Positions 1-9,091 of a DNA stretch of 64,000 nt are shown here, piece by piece. The stretch comes from a virus (taxonomy: Duplodnaviria; Caudoviricetes). The notes below the pieces were generated by a model. The model did not search any database. It worked only from the letters and a program-made list of their open reading frames with translations, and was not told the origin of the DNA. The stretch is taken from the IMG/VR virus record IMGVR_UViG_3300037631_006232, positions 1-64,000 of that record; one strand, written 5' to 3'. The translations under genes and the position numbers were made by a program. Within the stretch, counting starts at the first letter, position 1; each line of letters starts with the position of its first letter.

Positions 1-1749
1 GGTCACTCTGGTGCAGGCAAAACTACCTATGCACGTCAGTTAGCTGAGCAGCTAGGTATTCCATTACACAGACTTGATGTAACTACAGGGCCTATTATGG
101 AATCTGAGTATCCAGAATACTGGGATAAAGGAACACTTGGTTACCCAGAAGACGTATCTACTAGAGTGATCCAACAAGCTCTAAGTCTAGACAAGCCTCA
201 TGTAATAGAAGGTAGCCATATGCTAGAGTTACCAGAACTAACTGAAGGGTATAAACGCATACTCGTGGATACTCCCGAAGACAGAGTAATAGAGCAACGT
301 GCTCAACGGGAGTATAGAAACCAAGGACGCAAAGGCAAGTCTTATAGACCTATAGAAAAACACAGAGATTCTGCTAAAAAACTAGTAAACTTCTATAGAG
401 ACTTAGTAAGTAACTACAGGGACCAACCTGGGGTAGAGAGCATAATGCCTGAGGTTAAGACCTCAGAAGCAAAGCGTCTATATCACGGGTCACCTCTAGA
501 TCTAGAGGAACTAGAACTGCGAGTACCTCCGCACCATACAGGTAAAGGGGAAGCAGGAGAAGCTGGTGTATATGCAGCAGATAATCCTATAGCAGCAGCT
601 TTATATGCTTTGGCTAGAAACAAATCTAAAGGCTCTTGGGGAGTAACTAAAGATAATCGGTTAGTTATGAAAGACTACAAGGAGCTTAACCCTGAGGGAT
701 ATGTGTACGAACTAGACTCTAGCGATAACACGCCCCCACCTGAGGACCATCCTGCTTTAGGGTACACTGTCAGAGATCCTAGCATTATGAGTAAACGTAA
801 AATAACAGCGGAGGATTTCGCTGACTATATAGACAAGGTTCAAACCAAAGAGCAGTTCTTAGAGGCCATAGAAAATAGTAAAACAGCCGAAGACCAACCC
901 CTCCTACGCCATAGATCTACTCTACTCATAAGAGATCCTGAATCAGGCAAGCTACTAGCGGCTAATAGCCGTGAAGATAGAAACTTCAACGATGTTAGTC
1001 CGTTCTATTTCCCTGGTGGCGGGCTATATGACGACGAGTATGATACCCCTAGAACTCCTACTGAAGAAGAGATACTAGAAGGAGCTAGACGCGAGGCTCT
1101 TGAGGAGTTAGGTATGACACTAAGGAATCCTAGGGTAATAGGTAATACACCTCACTTACTTACTCAGAAAGCATGGCGGGACAAGGCATTAAAGAAGAGG
1201 GGCGTCCCCTATGAGGGAGGCCACGAGCACATAGTGCTAGCTGACAAAGGTGATATAGATAATAGCCTATATAACGTAGAAGGTGATGCCTTTACTAAAG
1301 GTGAGTATTACGATCCGCAAGAGGTATATGATTCTCTATATGAGTACGGTCAGCAGGGGGGTCAGTTCTCTGCTTATAATGTAGAACAAGCTAAAGCTAT
1401 AAAAGAGCACTTATTAAATAAACAAGCGTCCCTAGAAGCAGAGTTCTTACCTGACTTTACACCAGAGGACTTAGCGGAGATGGGTGTATTCGACCAAGTA
1501 TACGGTGACGCACCAAGCGAAGCATCTATGAAAGAGTGGCCAGAGCACTGGATAAACAAGCAAGACCCACTAGGTTGGCTACAATGGTATGATAGGTACT
1601 CTAAAGGTCGCCGCACCGAGGATGATGCTAGGCAAATAAAACGATGGAAATCTTTTAAAGCAAGACACTTAGCACAATACTTAAAAAACCCTACACTTAA
1701 AAGAAAAGCTGCTCTTAGAAACTGGGCTATAGATACGGAGAACACTTAA
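1..1749 (+). CDS. 5'-truncated multidomain protein: P-loop kinase + ADP-ribosyltransferase-like + Nudix hydrolase + conserved 'DPxGWxQWY' domain
   Basis: The frame is open from base 1 (GHSGAGKTTYARQLAEQLG, Walker A) into the ORF at 97. It then contains LYHGS..GVYA..YVYE (ART-like), FPGGG..ARREALEELG (Nudix box) and DPLGWLQWYDRY..GRR..DD.RQIKRW. Domains are separated by KTSE, KTAE and KQAS. Confidence 0.75.
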   Translation, partial: GHSGAGKTTYARQLAEQLGIPLHRLDVTTGPIMESEYPEYWDKGTLGYPEDVSTRVIQQALSLDKPHVIEGSHMLELPELTEGYKRILVDTPEDRVIEQRAQREYRNQGRKGKSYRPIEKHRDSAKKLVNFYRDLVSNYRDQPGVESIMPEVKTSEAKRLYHGSPLDLEELELRVPPHHTGKGEAGEAGVYAADNPIAAALYALARNKSKGSWGVTKDNRLVMKDYKELNPEGYVYELDSSDNTPPPEDHPALGYTVRDPSIMSKRKITAEDFADYIDKVQTKEQFLEAIENSKTAEDQPLLRHRSTLLIRDPESGKLLAANSREDRNFNDVSPFYFPGGGLYDDEYDTPRTPTEEEILEGARREALEELGMTLRNPRVIGNTPHLLTQKAWRDKALKKRGVPYEGGHEHIVLADKGDIDNSLYNVEGDAFTKGEYYDPQEVYDSLYEYGQQGGQFSAYNVEQAKAIKEHLLNKQASLEAEFLPDFTPEDLAEMGVFDQVYGDAPSEASMKEWPEHWINKQDPLGWLQWYDRYSKGRRTEDDARQIKRWKSFKARHLAQYLKNPTLKRKAALRNWAIDTENT

Positions 1750-1750
1750 A

Positions 1751-2986
1751 ATGTATAAAAGAACTAAGATAGCAAAAAAATGGTCAGAGATTGCATATGA
1801 CACCACCCAACAAATGCAAGACCATCCTATGTACGGAAGAGAGCTTACTGGAGAGTCTAAAGTACCGTCACTTCTTATGATGGCTATAGCGGATAGGCAG
1901 AAAACTAAGAGCAATCAAACACCTACTTTAGGGTTTAAGTCTGAGCAGGAAATGCAAAAGTGGATGCAAGAAACCCTAATGGAAGGGGCTAGGGCTAAGG
2001 TAGAGGTGCGTCGTGATAATTCCAGAGACGATTTAGATAAAGCAGTAAGCATAGCAACCAGTTTCAACCCGTCTACCTCCTTAGCTAAAGGGGTATTCGA
2101 TGTAGTAAAGGATACTGCCTCTTATAAAAACCAATCTCGTTATAAGAAACCGACTGAGGCTAAAAAAGCCTTAAATACGGGAGGTAGGGTTCTAGAGGTA
2201 ACTAATAGGGCATATAAGAGACTAGCTAGTAAGCTAGGCCCCATTTCAACAGCTAATGAATTAATAAAACAAACTTTGGGCAATAAACAATACTCTTTAA
2301 AACAACCTAGTAGTTATTCTAAAAAAGGATTTAAAGATTATTTAGCTAGAGAAAATAATCCTGCCTTAAAAGAAAATACACCCCCTCCCAAAGCACGTGA
2401 GCCATCTAGTAATCCTGGTATTACCAGACCTGCTTTAAAAACCAATAAAACCCCTACTACCCCTTCCTCCAAGGTTATCAAAAAAGCTTATGATATGGGG
2501 GTTAAATTAGCTCTAAATAATTTCTACAAGAAAGCTAATCCAGCCCCTAGACCACCTACAGCTGCCCTGCCTAAAACACCGACCGCCCTTAAACTTAATA
2601 AAGTAAAAACCCCCTCTAGTAAAGCACTAGGGGCAGCTAGTAAATCACTAGGGGTAGCTAGCAAAGCTATAGGCCCTATAAGTTATGCCCAGGATGCTTA
2701 TAAACTGACTAGCAGAGAAGGTAGAAATCAATTAAAAAAAGAGTACTCACCAACACCAACTAGACCAACTAGTGCTGTAGAGGCGGTCACAGCCCCTTTT
2801 GTAGACATGGCTACAGCCGTAACTAGTCCTCTTAGTCCTGCAGGTATTACCGCAGCTACTAGAACAATGGGTAGAGTTGCTAAAGGAGGGCAAGTTAATA
2901 TGAGACAAAGAGTAAATGCTGCTAAAAGAGGAGACACTCAAGCTACCCGCCACATAGTTAATACAATGCCGTTTAATCACATTTAA
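1751..2986 (+). CDS. Basic low-complexity protein, probable internal virion protein
   Basis: 411 aa ORF with AYDMGVKLAL..KKA motif shared with neighbouring ORFs. Confidence 0.55.
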   Translation: MYKRTKIAKKWSEIAYDTTQQMQDHPMYGRELTGESKVPSLLMMAIADRQKTKSNQTPTLGFKSEQEMQKWMQETLMEGARAKVEVRRDNSRDDLDKAVSIATSFNPSTSLAKGVFDVVKDTASYKNQSRYKKPTEAKKALNTGGRVLEVTNRAYKRLASKLGPISTANELIKQTLGNKQYSLKQPSSYSKKGFKDYLARENNPALKENTPPPKAREPSSNPGITRPALKTNKTPTTPSSKVIKKAYDMGVKLALNNFYKKANPAPRPPTAALPKTPTALKLNKVKTPSSKALGAASKSLGVASKAIGPISYAQDAYKLTSREGRNQLKKEYSPTPTRPTSAVEAVTAPFVDMATAVTSPLSPAGITAATRTMGRVAKGGQVNMRQRVNAAKRGDTQATRHIVNTMPFNHI

Positions 2987-3010
2987 TTTTTAATATAAAG
3001 GATATTTATT

Positions 3011-3541
3011 ATGAATAAAGAAGCACAGATAAAGATTGCAAACCAATATTATAGCTTAGGAGCCCAAGTAGCTCTAGAAGAAGCAGGGCTATTAAAACTT
3101 GCAAATCCCAAACAAAAAGTAAACCCTCAAGACTACTTTAAAAGTAAAAGCCCCTCCTCGGTAACTAAGAAATACTCACCTTCTTCGACATCTAAGGCTA
3201 CTTCCAGAAAAGTAGACCGTAAAAGAACGGAGCTAGCTCAAGGAAACTTAACTAGGTACCTTAACGATGGGCTAGATCATTCTAAACAATATAATCCTGC
3301 TGGAAATAGCCTACTGCGAGCTGCTAGACCTGCAATGAACGTAGCCTCGAGTGCTGTTAAAGCTTTTAAGAAAAAACAGCTACCTTTAGGAGGAGGCTTA
3401 TACGCAGGTAAGGTTAAAGGAGTAATAGATCCTTATCAGGAAAACCGCATGAGTAACACCTCAAGGATGATACAGGATACTGCAGCTACTGGTAGAGGTT
3501 TGCCCTCTGCTTATGGCCTCACTTTAAAAGGATCCTTCTGA
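3011..3541 (+). CDS. Probable internal virion protein
   Basis: Starts MNKEAQIKIANQYYSLGAQVALEEAGLLKLA (Y-x-x-G..A..KLA motif); AAGGA SD upstream. Confidence 0.6.
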   Translation: MNKEAQIKIANQYYSLGAQVALEEAGLLKLANPKQKVNPQDYFKSKSPSSVTKKYSPSSTSKATSRKVDRKRTELAQGNLTRYLNDGLDHSKQYNPAGNSLLRAARPAMNVASSAVKAFKKKQLPLGGGLYAGKVKGVIDPYQENRMSNTSRMIQDTAATGRGLPSAYGLTLKGSF

Positions 3542-3575
3542 TAAACAGCCTAAATAGTTTAGCCAGGATTATATA

Positions 3576-4157
3576 ATGAAATTATCAGTACAAATAAAAA
3601 ATGCTCTACTGCAAAAACACGCTGGTAGCAAAAAAAAACCTAAAGGAACGGCCACTAAACGAGATCCGGCTAAATGGGCACGAGCTAAAGCTAGAGCTAA
3701 AGCTAAAATGGGCGGTAAATGGTCGGCTAGAGCAGCCCAACTAGCTGTAAAATACTATAAAGATTCGGGTGGGAAGTACAAAGGTAAGAAGCCTACTGCT
3801 AAGAACAATAAGCTTAAAAAATGGACTAAACAAGATTGGCAGTGGAGCGGAGAAAGAAAGAAAAAAGCTAGCGTTAATGATGAGTTAGTATATAAACTAC
3901 TAGAGTTCTCTAAAGAGGCAGCCGAGAAAAAAAAGAGTAAAAAGAAAAAAAAGAAGAAAGGCAAAGGAGTGTACCTACCTGCTAGGGCTATAGCCGCACT
4001 TAAAGCATCTAAGAAAGGACGAAAGAAGCTAACTGCAGCTAGTCGCAAGAAATCTAAGGCTACTCGGGACGGAGAGCAACACGCTAATCACGGACTACAT
4101 AAAGGTAAAAAAAGAAGTAAAGTAAGTCACTACTCAATTTTTACAGAGCTCTTTTAA
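3576..4157 (+). CDS. Lys-rich basic protein (DUF5872-like, tentative)
   Basis: WSARAAQL..YK..GG.Y.G, LKKWTKQDW and YLP.RAI motifs; very basic. Confidence 0.55.
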   Translation: MKLSVQIKNALLQKHAGSKKKPKGTATKRDPAKWARAKARAKAKMGGKWSARAAQLAVKYYKDSGGKYKGKKPTAKNNKLKKWTKQDWQWSGERKKKASVNDELVYKLLEFSKEAAEKKKSKKKKKKKGKGVYLPARAIAALKASKKGRKKLTAASRKKSKATRDGEQHANHGLHKGKKRSKVSHYSIFTELF

Positions 4158-5073
4158 TAATCTCTAATAAGTTAAGAGGAGCCTTCTTAGTTTTAGCCAA
4201 TGCTTTTGAAGCATTGGAAGTTATAGACTTAGAAGGGTTAACAACTTGTCCGGCAGCCGTTGAAGCACCTAGTAACAAACCTCCTAGACCTCCACCACCT
4301 GCGCCTCCAAAAATGAGTGCTTTGTCTAATCCGGGAGTACGTAAAAAGCTAGTTCCCGGCGCAATACCAAGAGACTTAAGAAGTTTTCTGCTATGCTTAG
4401 TTTTTCTAAAGTCTAATAGATCTTCCAGCTTGTATTTATTACCTACCATAGGTATTTTATTGCCCATGGTGCCGTCTATATTACCTCTTATAAATGCTTC
4501 TAACTCTCTAGGGTCCCTATTGCTAATTTCTAAACCAGCAGCTAAACCTAACCCACCTGCAGCACCAAGCCCTGCTCCCGCTCCTGCGAGAGGAATGCCT
4601 AGTAGTAGAGCCTTGGCTGCTGTTTTTTTATCTTTAAAAGCCTTGGCTAATACTTTTTTTATAGGCGTGTCCGACATACCTAACCCGGCTAGACTCGCCC
4701 CCGCTAAAGACCCCGTACCCATCATTATTTTTCTTAAATTTGGATTATCAAGCATTCTTGCGGGGTTAGGCAGTATATCCCCAGCACTATCTGGAGCCAT
4801 GTGGGAAATAAGTCGGCCGTAATCTTTAAGGTCTTTGGCATTAATTCTATGACCTCCCCAATCATTTAGTAAAGCGTCTTGTGTTAGATAACCACCTAAC
4901 CCACCTAAGGCCCCTAACCCAGCACCAGCTACAGTAGCACCTGCTACAAGAGGCATCTTAGGAGAATTTTTTAAAAAGTTTTTAAACGATTTAGAAATAT
5001 CGTTAGTAGCGAACTTTTCAAAACCTTCGTTAGCTATAGAATTTAGTAATAACTTTGAGTAATCCATATACAT
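4141..5073 (-). CDS. Gly-rich hydrophobic protein (glycine-zipper-like segments)
   Basis: AAGGAG SD before the ATG at 5073; several GxxxG helices; EKFA motif near the N-terminus. Confidence 0.6.
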   Translation of the reverse strand: MYMDYSKLLLNSIANEGFEKFATNDISKSFKNFLKNSPKMPLVAGATVAGAGLGALGGLGGYLTQDALLNDWGGHRINAKDLKDYGRLISHMAPDSAGDILPNPARMLDNPNLRKIMMGTGSLAGASLAGLGMSDTPIKKVLAKAFKDKKTAAKALLLGIPLAGAGAGLGAAGGLGLAAGLEISNRDPRELEAFIRGNIDGTMGNKIPMVGNKYKLEDLLDFRKTKHSRKLLKSLGIAPGTSFLRTPGLDKALIFGGAGGGGLGGLLLGASTAAGQVVNPSKSITSNASKALAKTKKAPLNLLEIIKRAL

Positions 5074-5101
5074 ACACTCCTTTAGTTTGCAGGACTTTAT
5101 A

Positions 5102-6559
5102 ATGATCCCTAGCACCTTTATATATAAAAATAAAAACTATACACCTGAAGAGCAACTTTTGAACTATAAAATACCTAGTAAAGAAACATATAAAGGGATT
5201 AAAATAGCCTCTAGCGATCCTAGTTATAGAGACCGAGTAGCATTGTGGCTTCACGACAATGCGGGTAATCTTTTAGTACAAGATGATAGAGATAGAGGGT
5301 TAGGCCTCAAGTTTCCGGGGGGAGGTATTGACCCGGGACAAAGTGTTAACGATGCTGCTATTCGAGAGGCTCTTGAGGAAGTAGGCTACTCACTAGCCAA
5401 TACCCCCAAGGCTATACCGGGTATTAGAGCTAAAAAAATTGACTGGGATCCGATATTCTCTGCAGAAGCTGCAGCAAAAGGGCGTAACTTTCGAGGCAGC
5501 AAGCACTACCATAGGCGAGCCTTAGCGGGAGATAGAGACGAGTCTTTATTAGGATCTGAAGGGGACGCTCTTAATGCTAAGTGGATGCCTATAGCAGAAG
5601 TCTTGGAAGCAACTCGAAGTGCGGCAAAGAATCCTGATAATAAATATAATTACTTTGATGAAGAGAGATTACTAGCTGCGGAAAAGATGTACGAAATGTT
5701 AACGCAGCAAAAAACAGCTTCGGACAAATTATTTAGACACAGAGCTACTGTGATGCTTAGAGACCCTGAGACTGGAAGAGTACTAGCAGCTAAGAAACAA
5801 GACCCTAAAAGTAAAGCTAGCCCGTACTTTTTTCCAGGAGGGGGATTATACGACGATGAGTATGATACTCCTAGATACCCTACAGAAGAAGAAATTATAG
5901 AAGGAGCCAGGAGAGAAGCTTTAGAAGAGCTAGGCCTAGAACTAGACAACCCTAGAGTAGTAGGGGGTTATGGGCAAGAGCTGGAGGATTGGTGGAAATC
6001 TAAGACTTTAAAAAACAGAGGTGTGCCTTATGTAGGAGGGCAGGAGCATTATGTTTTAGCTGATAAAGGTAAACAAGATGAGTCTCTTTATAACGTAGAA
6101 GGAGATGCTTTTACTTCGGGTGACTACCATGACCCTGAGGAGGTGTACAGGGCTTTGTCTGAAGAAGCCAGATCCGACTCTACCTTTGCTCCATTTAATA
6201 AAGAACAAGCCCGTATACTTAAGGAACATTTTATGAATAAAACTTCTAGCCACACTTCTCCTTATATACAAGCCTACTTAGTTGGTGTAAAATTAGCAGA
6301 AGCACAGTTTGATGACTATCAGAGTGTTAGCGATCCTGATGGTTTTGATGAAGTAACTACTAAGGCTGATAGCGAAGATCCTAAATCTTTTAGAAGTAAT
6401 AGCTACTCTGATAGAAGCAGTCCTGCTACAAATAACTATAGCACTAGTGGACGTAACCAAAGCACCTACGCAAAACAACCCGAAGAGGTTACTCCAGATC
6501 AAACTTTTGCAACCAATTCACCTAAACGAGATAGATTAAGAGGTAAATACAATGGCTAA
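5102..6559 (+). CDS. Tandem double Nudix hydrolase protein
   Basis: Two Nudix boxes (FPGGGID..AIREALEEVG; FPGGG..ARREALEELG) separated by KTAS; the second is a close paralog of the Nudix domain in 1..1749. Confidence 0.8.
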   Translation: MIPSTFIYKNKNYTPEEQLLNYKIPSKETYKGIKIASSDPSYRDRVALWLHDNAGNLLVQDDRDRGLGLKFPGGGIDPGQSVNDAAIREALEEVGYSLANTPKAIPGIRAKKIDWDPIFSAEAAAKGRNFRGSKHYHRRALAGDRDESLLGSEGDALNAKWMPIAEVLEATRSAAKNPDNKYNYFDEERLLAAEKMYEMLTQQKTASDKLFRHRATVMLRDPETGRVLAAKKQDPKSKASPYFFPGGGLYDDEYDTPRYPTEEEIIEGARREALEELGLELDNPRVVGGYGQELEDWWKSKTLKNRGVPYVGGQEHYVLADKGKQDESLYNVEGDAFTSGDYHDPEEVYRALSEEARSDSTFAPFNKEQARILKEHFMNKTSSHTSPYIQAYLVGVKLAEAQFDDYQSVSDPDGFDEVTTKADSEDPKSFRSNSYSDRSSPATNNYSTSGRNQSTYAKQPEEVTPDQTFATNSPKRDRLRGKYNG

Positions 6560-8213
6560 AATAGTAAAAGGAAACATTGAGGCTACTGGAGAAGTCAAAG
6601 GCGCTACTATAGTTGGTGCTCTGACAGGTAATGTTACAGGTAATGTTACAGGTAATGTTACAGGTAATGTTACAGGTAATGTAACTGGAAACTTAACAGG
6701 TAATGTTACAGGCACAGCAGAGGTATCTACAGCGGTTGCTATAAATGCCAACAACTCTACCAACGAAACAGTATACCTTACTTTCGTAGACAGCGCCACC
6801 GGTGGTACTCAAGCATTAGAAACAGATACCGGATTAACCTATAACCCAAGTACTAACCAAATAAGCGCCACTACTTCAGGATCCATAGCAGTACAGAACG
6901 TAACTGGTGCGGGATCAAATAATCATTATGTACCTGTAGTTAATACATTTAATGGTAACTCTAGTTTATTTGGAGACGCTAATTTAGAGTTTAACTCTAG
7001 TACAAATACCCTAACCACTACCGCTTTTGCAGGAGCACTCACGGGTAATGTTACGGGTAATGTTACGGGAGATGTAACTGGAGGAGTATCTCTGCCTTCA
7101 GGCAAAACTATAGCAGGGCTCCATACTTCTAATACTATCAGTACTGCAGGTAATATCTCAGTAACTAGTTCTGGTAGCGCCGTAATAGCACCAGAAGTAC
7201 AAAGTGCTAAAATTACCCATCGATCCGGTGACGCAGCCTTAGTAATAAGCTCAATAGATGATATTAAGGTAGTATTAGATGAAGGCACTAATAACTCCGC
7301 AGGAACTTTTACTATACACCATAACTTGGATAGTAATCCGCCTGTTTTCCAAGTTAGCGAGCTAGGCGAAGTATTATGTGAATCCCTTTTCTCAACTTCA
7401 AATATCACTACTATGAGCGCTAATATTCAAACAACCAATGGTGCTGTTACATCAACAAACGGTGACATTATAGCAACCAATGGTAACATATCTGCGGGTG
7501 GTAACATATCTGCGGGTGGAGATTTAACAGTAGGGGACGATATTATTGTTACTAGTAATTCAACCTCTATAAGAGCGGGCACATCTACTGGAGGGCAGTT
7601 TCTAGACTTTGATGTAGTTTCCAGTCAATTAAAATTAGACGTTAATTGTCCTAGACTATATTTTAAATTTATACCTAGTGATTCAGACCAAACTAGTGGG
7701 AATATGAATACTAATTATATAGGTGTTGACCCTGCCGATGATAATAGGGTGTATAGACACGCTACTTTAGGCTTCTTCACAGGGACCCACATATACAAAG
7801 CAGCAAGCGACATAGCTCCGGGCACCGCAGTAGAACTAGTGGGCGGATCTGTGCAAGCCACTAGCTCAGCTAACTCTGCTATATGTGTAGGCATTGTAGC
7901 ACAGACCCAAGAAGCCACTGAAGATAACCCTATCCAGACTTCTTTAGGTGAGAGCTTAACCTCTGGTTGGGCTATTAAACTAGCTTCGGTAGGTGACGTC
8001 AAGCACCGTAGTAGCACAGGATTCTTAGTATGCAACGAGGGTGGAGACATCGCCCCAGGAGACCTCTTAGTTACAAGTTCAACTCCTGGCTACCTTATGA
8101 AGCAATCAGACGATATAATTAGATCAAAGACAGTAGGTAAGGCCATGGAAGCTTCGAGCTTCGACGAGAATGGCCAAGCCTCTGGAGTATACGGATACAT
8201 CTACTGCGGGTAA
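6552..8213 (+). CDS. Fibre/spike protein with TGNV repeats and a C-terminal intramolecular-chaperone-like domain
   Basis: (TGNV)n repeats, Thr/Ser/Gly/Asn-rich; C-terminal FTGTH...GDIAPGDLLVTS..PG..MK...TVGKA. Confidence 0.65.
   Translation: MAKIVKGNIEATGEVKGATIVGALTGNVTGNVTGNVTGNVTGNVTGNLTGNVTGTAEVSTAVAINANNSTNETVYLTFVDSATGGTQALETDTGLTYNPSTNQISATTSGSIAVQNVTGAGSNNHYVPVVNTFNGNSSLFGDANLEFNSSTNTLTTTAFAGALTGNVTGNVTGDVTGGVSLPSGKTIAGLHTSNTISTAGNISVTSSGSAVIAPEVQSAKITHRSGDAALVISSIDDIKVVLDEGTNNSAGTFTIHHNLDSNPPVFQVSELGEVLCESLFSTSNITTMSANIQTTNGAVTSTNGDIIATNGNISAGGNISAGGDLTVGDDIIVTSNSTSIRAGTSTGGQFLDFDVVSSQLKLDVNCPRLYFKFIPSDSDQTSGNMNTNYIGVDPADDNRVYRHATLGFFTGTHIYKAASDIAPGTAVELVGGSVQATSSANSAICVGIVAQTQEATEDNPIQTSLGESLTSGWAIKLASVGDVKHRSSTGFLVCNEGGDIAPGDLLVTSSTPGYLMKQSDDIIRSKTVGKAMEASSFDENGQASGVYGYIYCG
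6624..6712 (+). repeat. 12-bp in-frame tandem repeat (ACAGGTAATGTT, ~7 copies) encoding TGNV
   Basis: Directly visible; a shorter related run lies at about 7041-7080. Confidence 0.95.
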
Positions 8214-8232
8214 TTTAAAAAAGAGATATAAA

Positions 8233-8664
8233 ATGACTAACAATACAATTAACGAGATACAGGAATATTACTACAACCTAGGGCAAGAGCAAGCGATGTT
8301 AGGCATGAGTAAAACAGCTAAATTTTCTATAAAAGAACTAGCTAAAACCCTAGGTAGGGGGGCTGGGTATACCCTACCTTCGGTAGGTACTGTAGGAGGT
8401 ATAGGTACCGGAGGCTTTATAGGAGCAGCCGCTGGGATAGATTTAGCTAAAATGCTTAGTAAGAGTCTAGATGCAGTGGCTAAAGCCGATGTAGACGATC
8501 CTGCTGCGGCCCAAATAGCAGCTACTTTATTATCACTTGCAGGAGGGACTGCCCTAGTAGGAGGAGGAGGCGTAGCAGGAGCTGGTATAGGAGGTTATGT
8601 GGGTAATAGGTTAGGTAATATGAGCAAAGACAAACTACTAGAAGTATTAAAAAGAAAAAAGTAG
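8233..8664 (+). CDS. Gly-rich hydrophobic protein, probable internal virion protein
   Basis: YYYNLGQEQAMLGMSKTA motif followed by glycine-zipper segments; likely start at 8233. Confidence 0.55.
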   Translation: MTNNTINEIQEYYYNLGQEQAMLGMSKTAKFSIKELAKTLGRGAGYTLPSVGTVGGIGTGGFIGAAAGIDLAKMLSKSLDAVAKADVDDPAAAQIAATLLSLAGGTALVGGGGVAGAGIGGYVGNRLGNMSKDKLLEVLKRKK

Positions 8665-8713
8665 TTATATAAACCTCCTCCTTACTCTTTAGAAATTATA
8701 AAAGGTCCTAAAC

Positions 8714-9088
8714 ATGAAAATTAAAGTAACAAAATCTAAGCCCATAGCTAAAGCCCTTATTATAAAGAGTAAGGGAACTATGCCTATGGGCCCTAGTAGC
8801 ATCACAGATATGGTAGGCGGACCTATGAGTATGCTTATGAAAAGCTTAATGAGTAGCGGAATGCCTAAGATGCCAAGTATGATGAAGTCTATGGGCAAAG
8901 GTACAGAACATGATGATAGGCATATGGTGCTCAGTTCCTTAAATAGCATAAGAGCTATCTGCGACGAATTAGAACAACTAGCTTGTGGGTGCGAGCCAAT
9001 GCCTTCTTGGGCAGAGGCTAAGATTTACACAGCGCAAAAAGATATACTTACCGTACTCGGAGCACTTTTAGGTAAAAAAAGAGGTTAA
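8714..9088 (+). CDS. Small Met-rich protein, possibly head-associated
   Basis: AAGG SD; helical C-terminal domain MVLSSL..I....EL...MPSWAEAKI. Confidence 0.5.
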   Translation: MKIKVTKSKPIAKALIIKSKGTMPMGPSSITDMVGGPMSMLMKSLMSSGMPKMPSMMKSMGKGTEHDDRHMVLSSLNSIRAICDELEQLACGCEPMPSWAEAKIYTAQKDILTVLGALLGKKRG

Positions 9089-9091
9089 ACT

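Noticed and set aside
4214-4822. 202 aa plus-strand ORF and the many other short antisense ORFs (e.g. 6536-6799, 41854-42348)
   Set aside because: They are shadow frames of Gly-rich or repetitive genes on the opposite strand
6624-6712. 12-bp tandem repeat as a regulatory or phase-variable element
   Set aside because: The unit is a multiple of 3 and encodes the TGNV fibre repeat, with synonymous variation between copies
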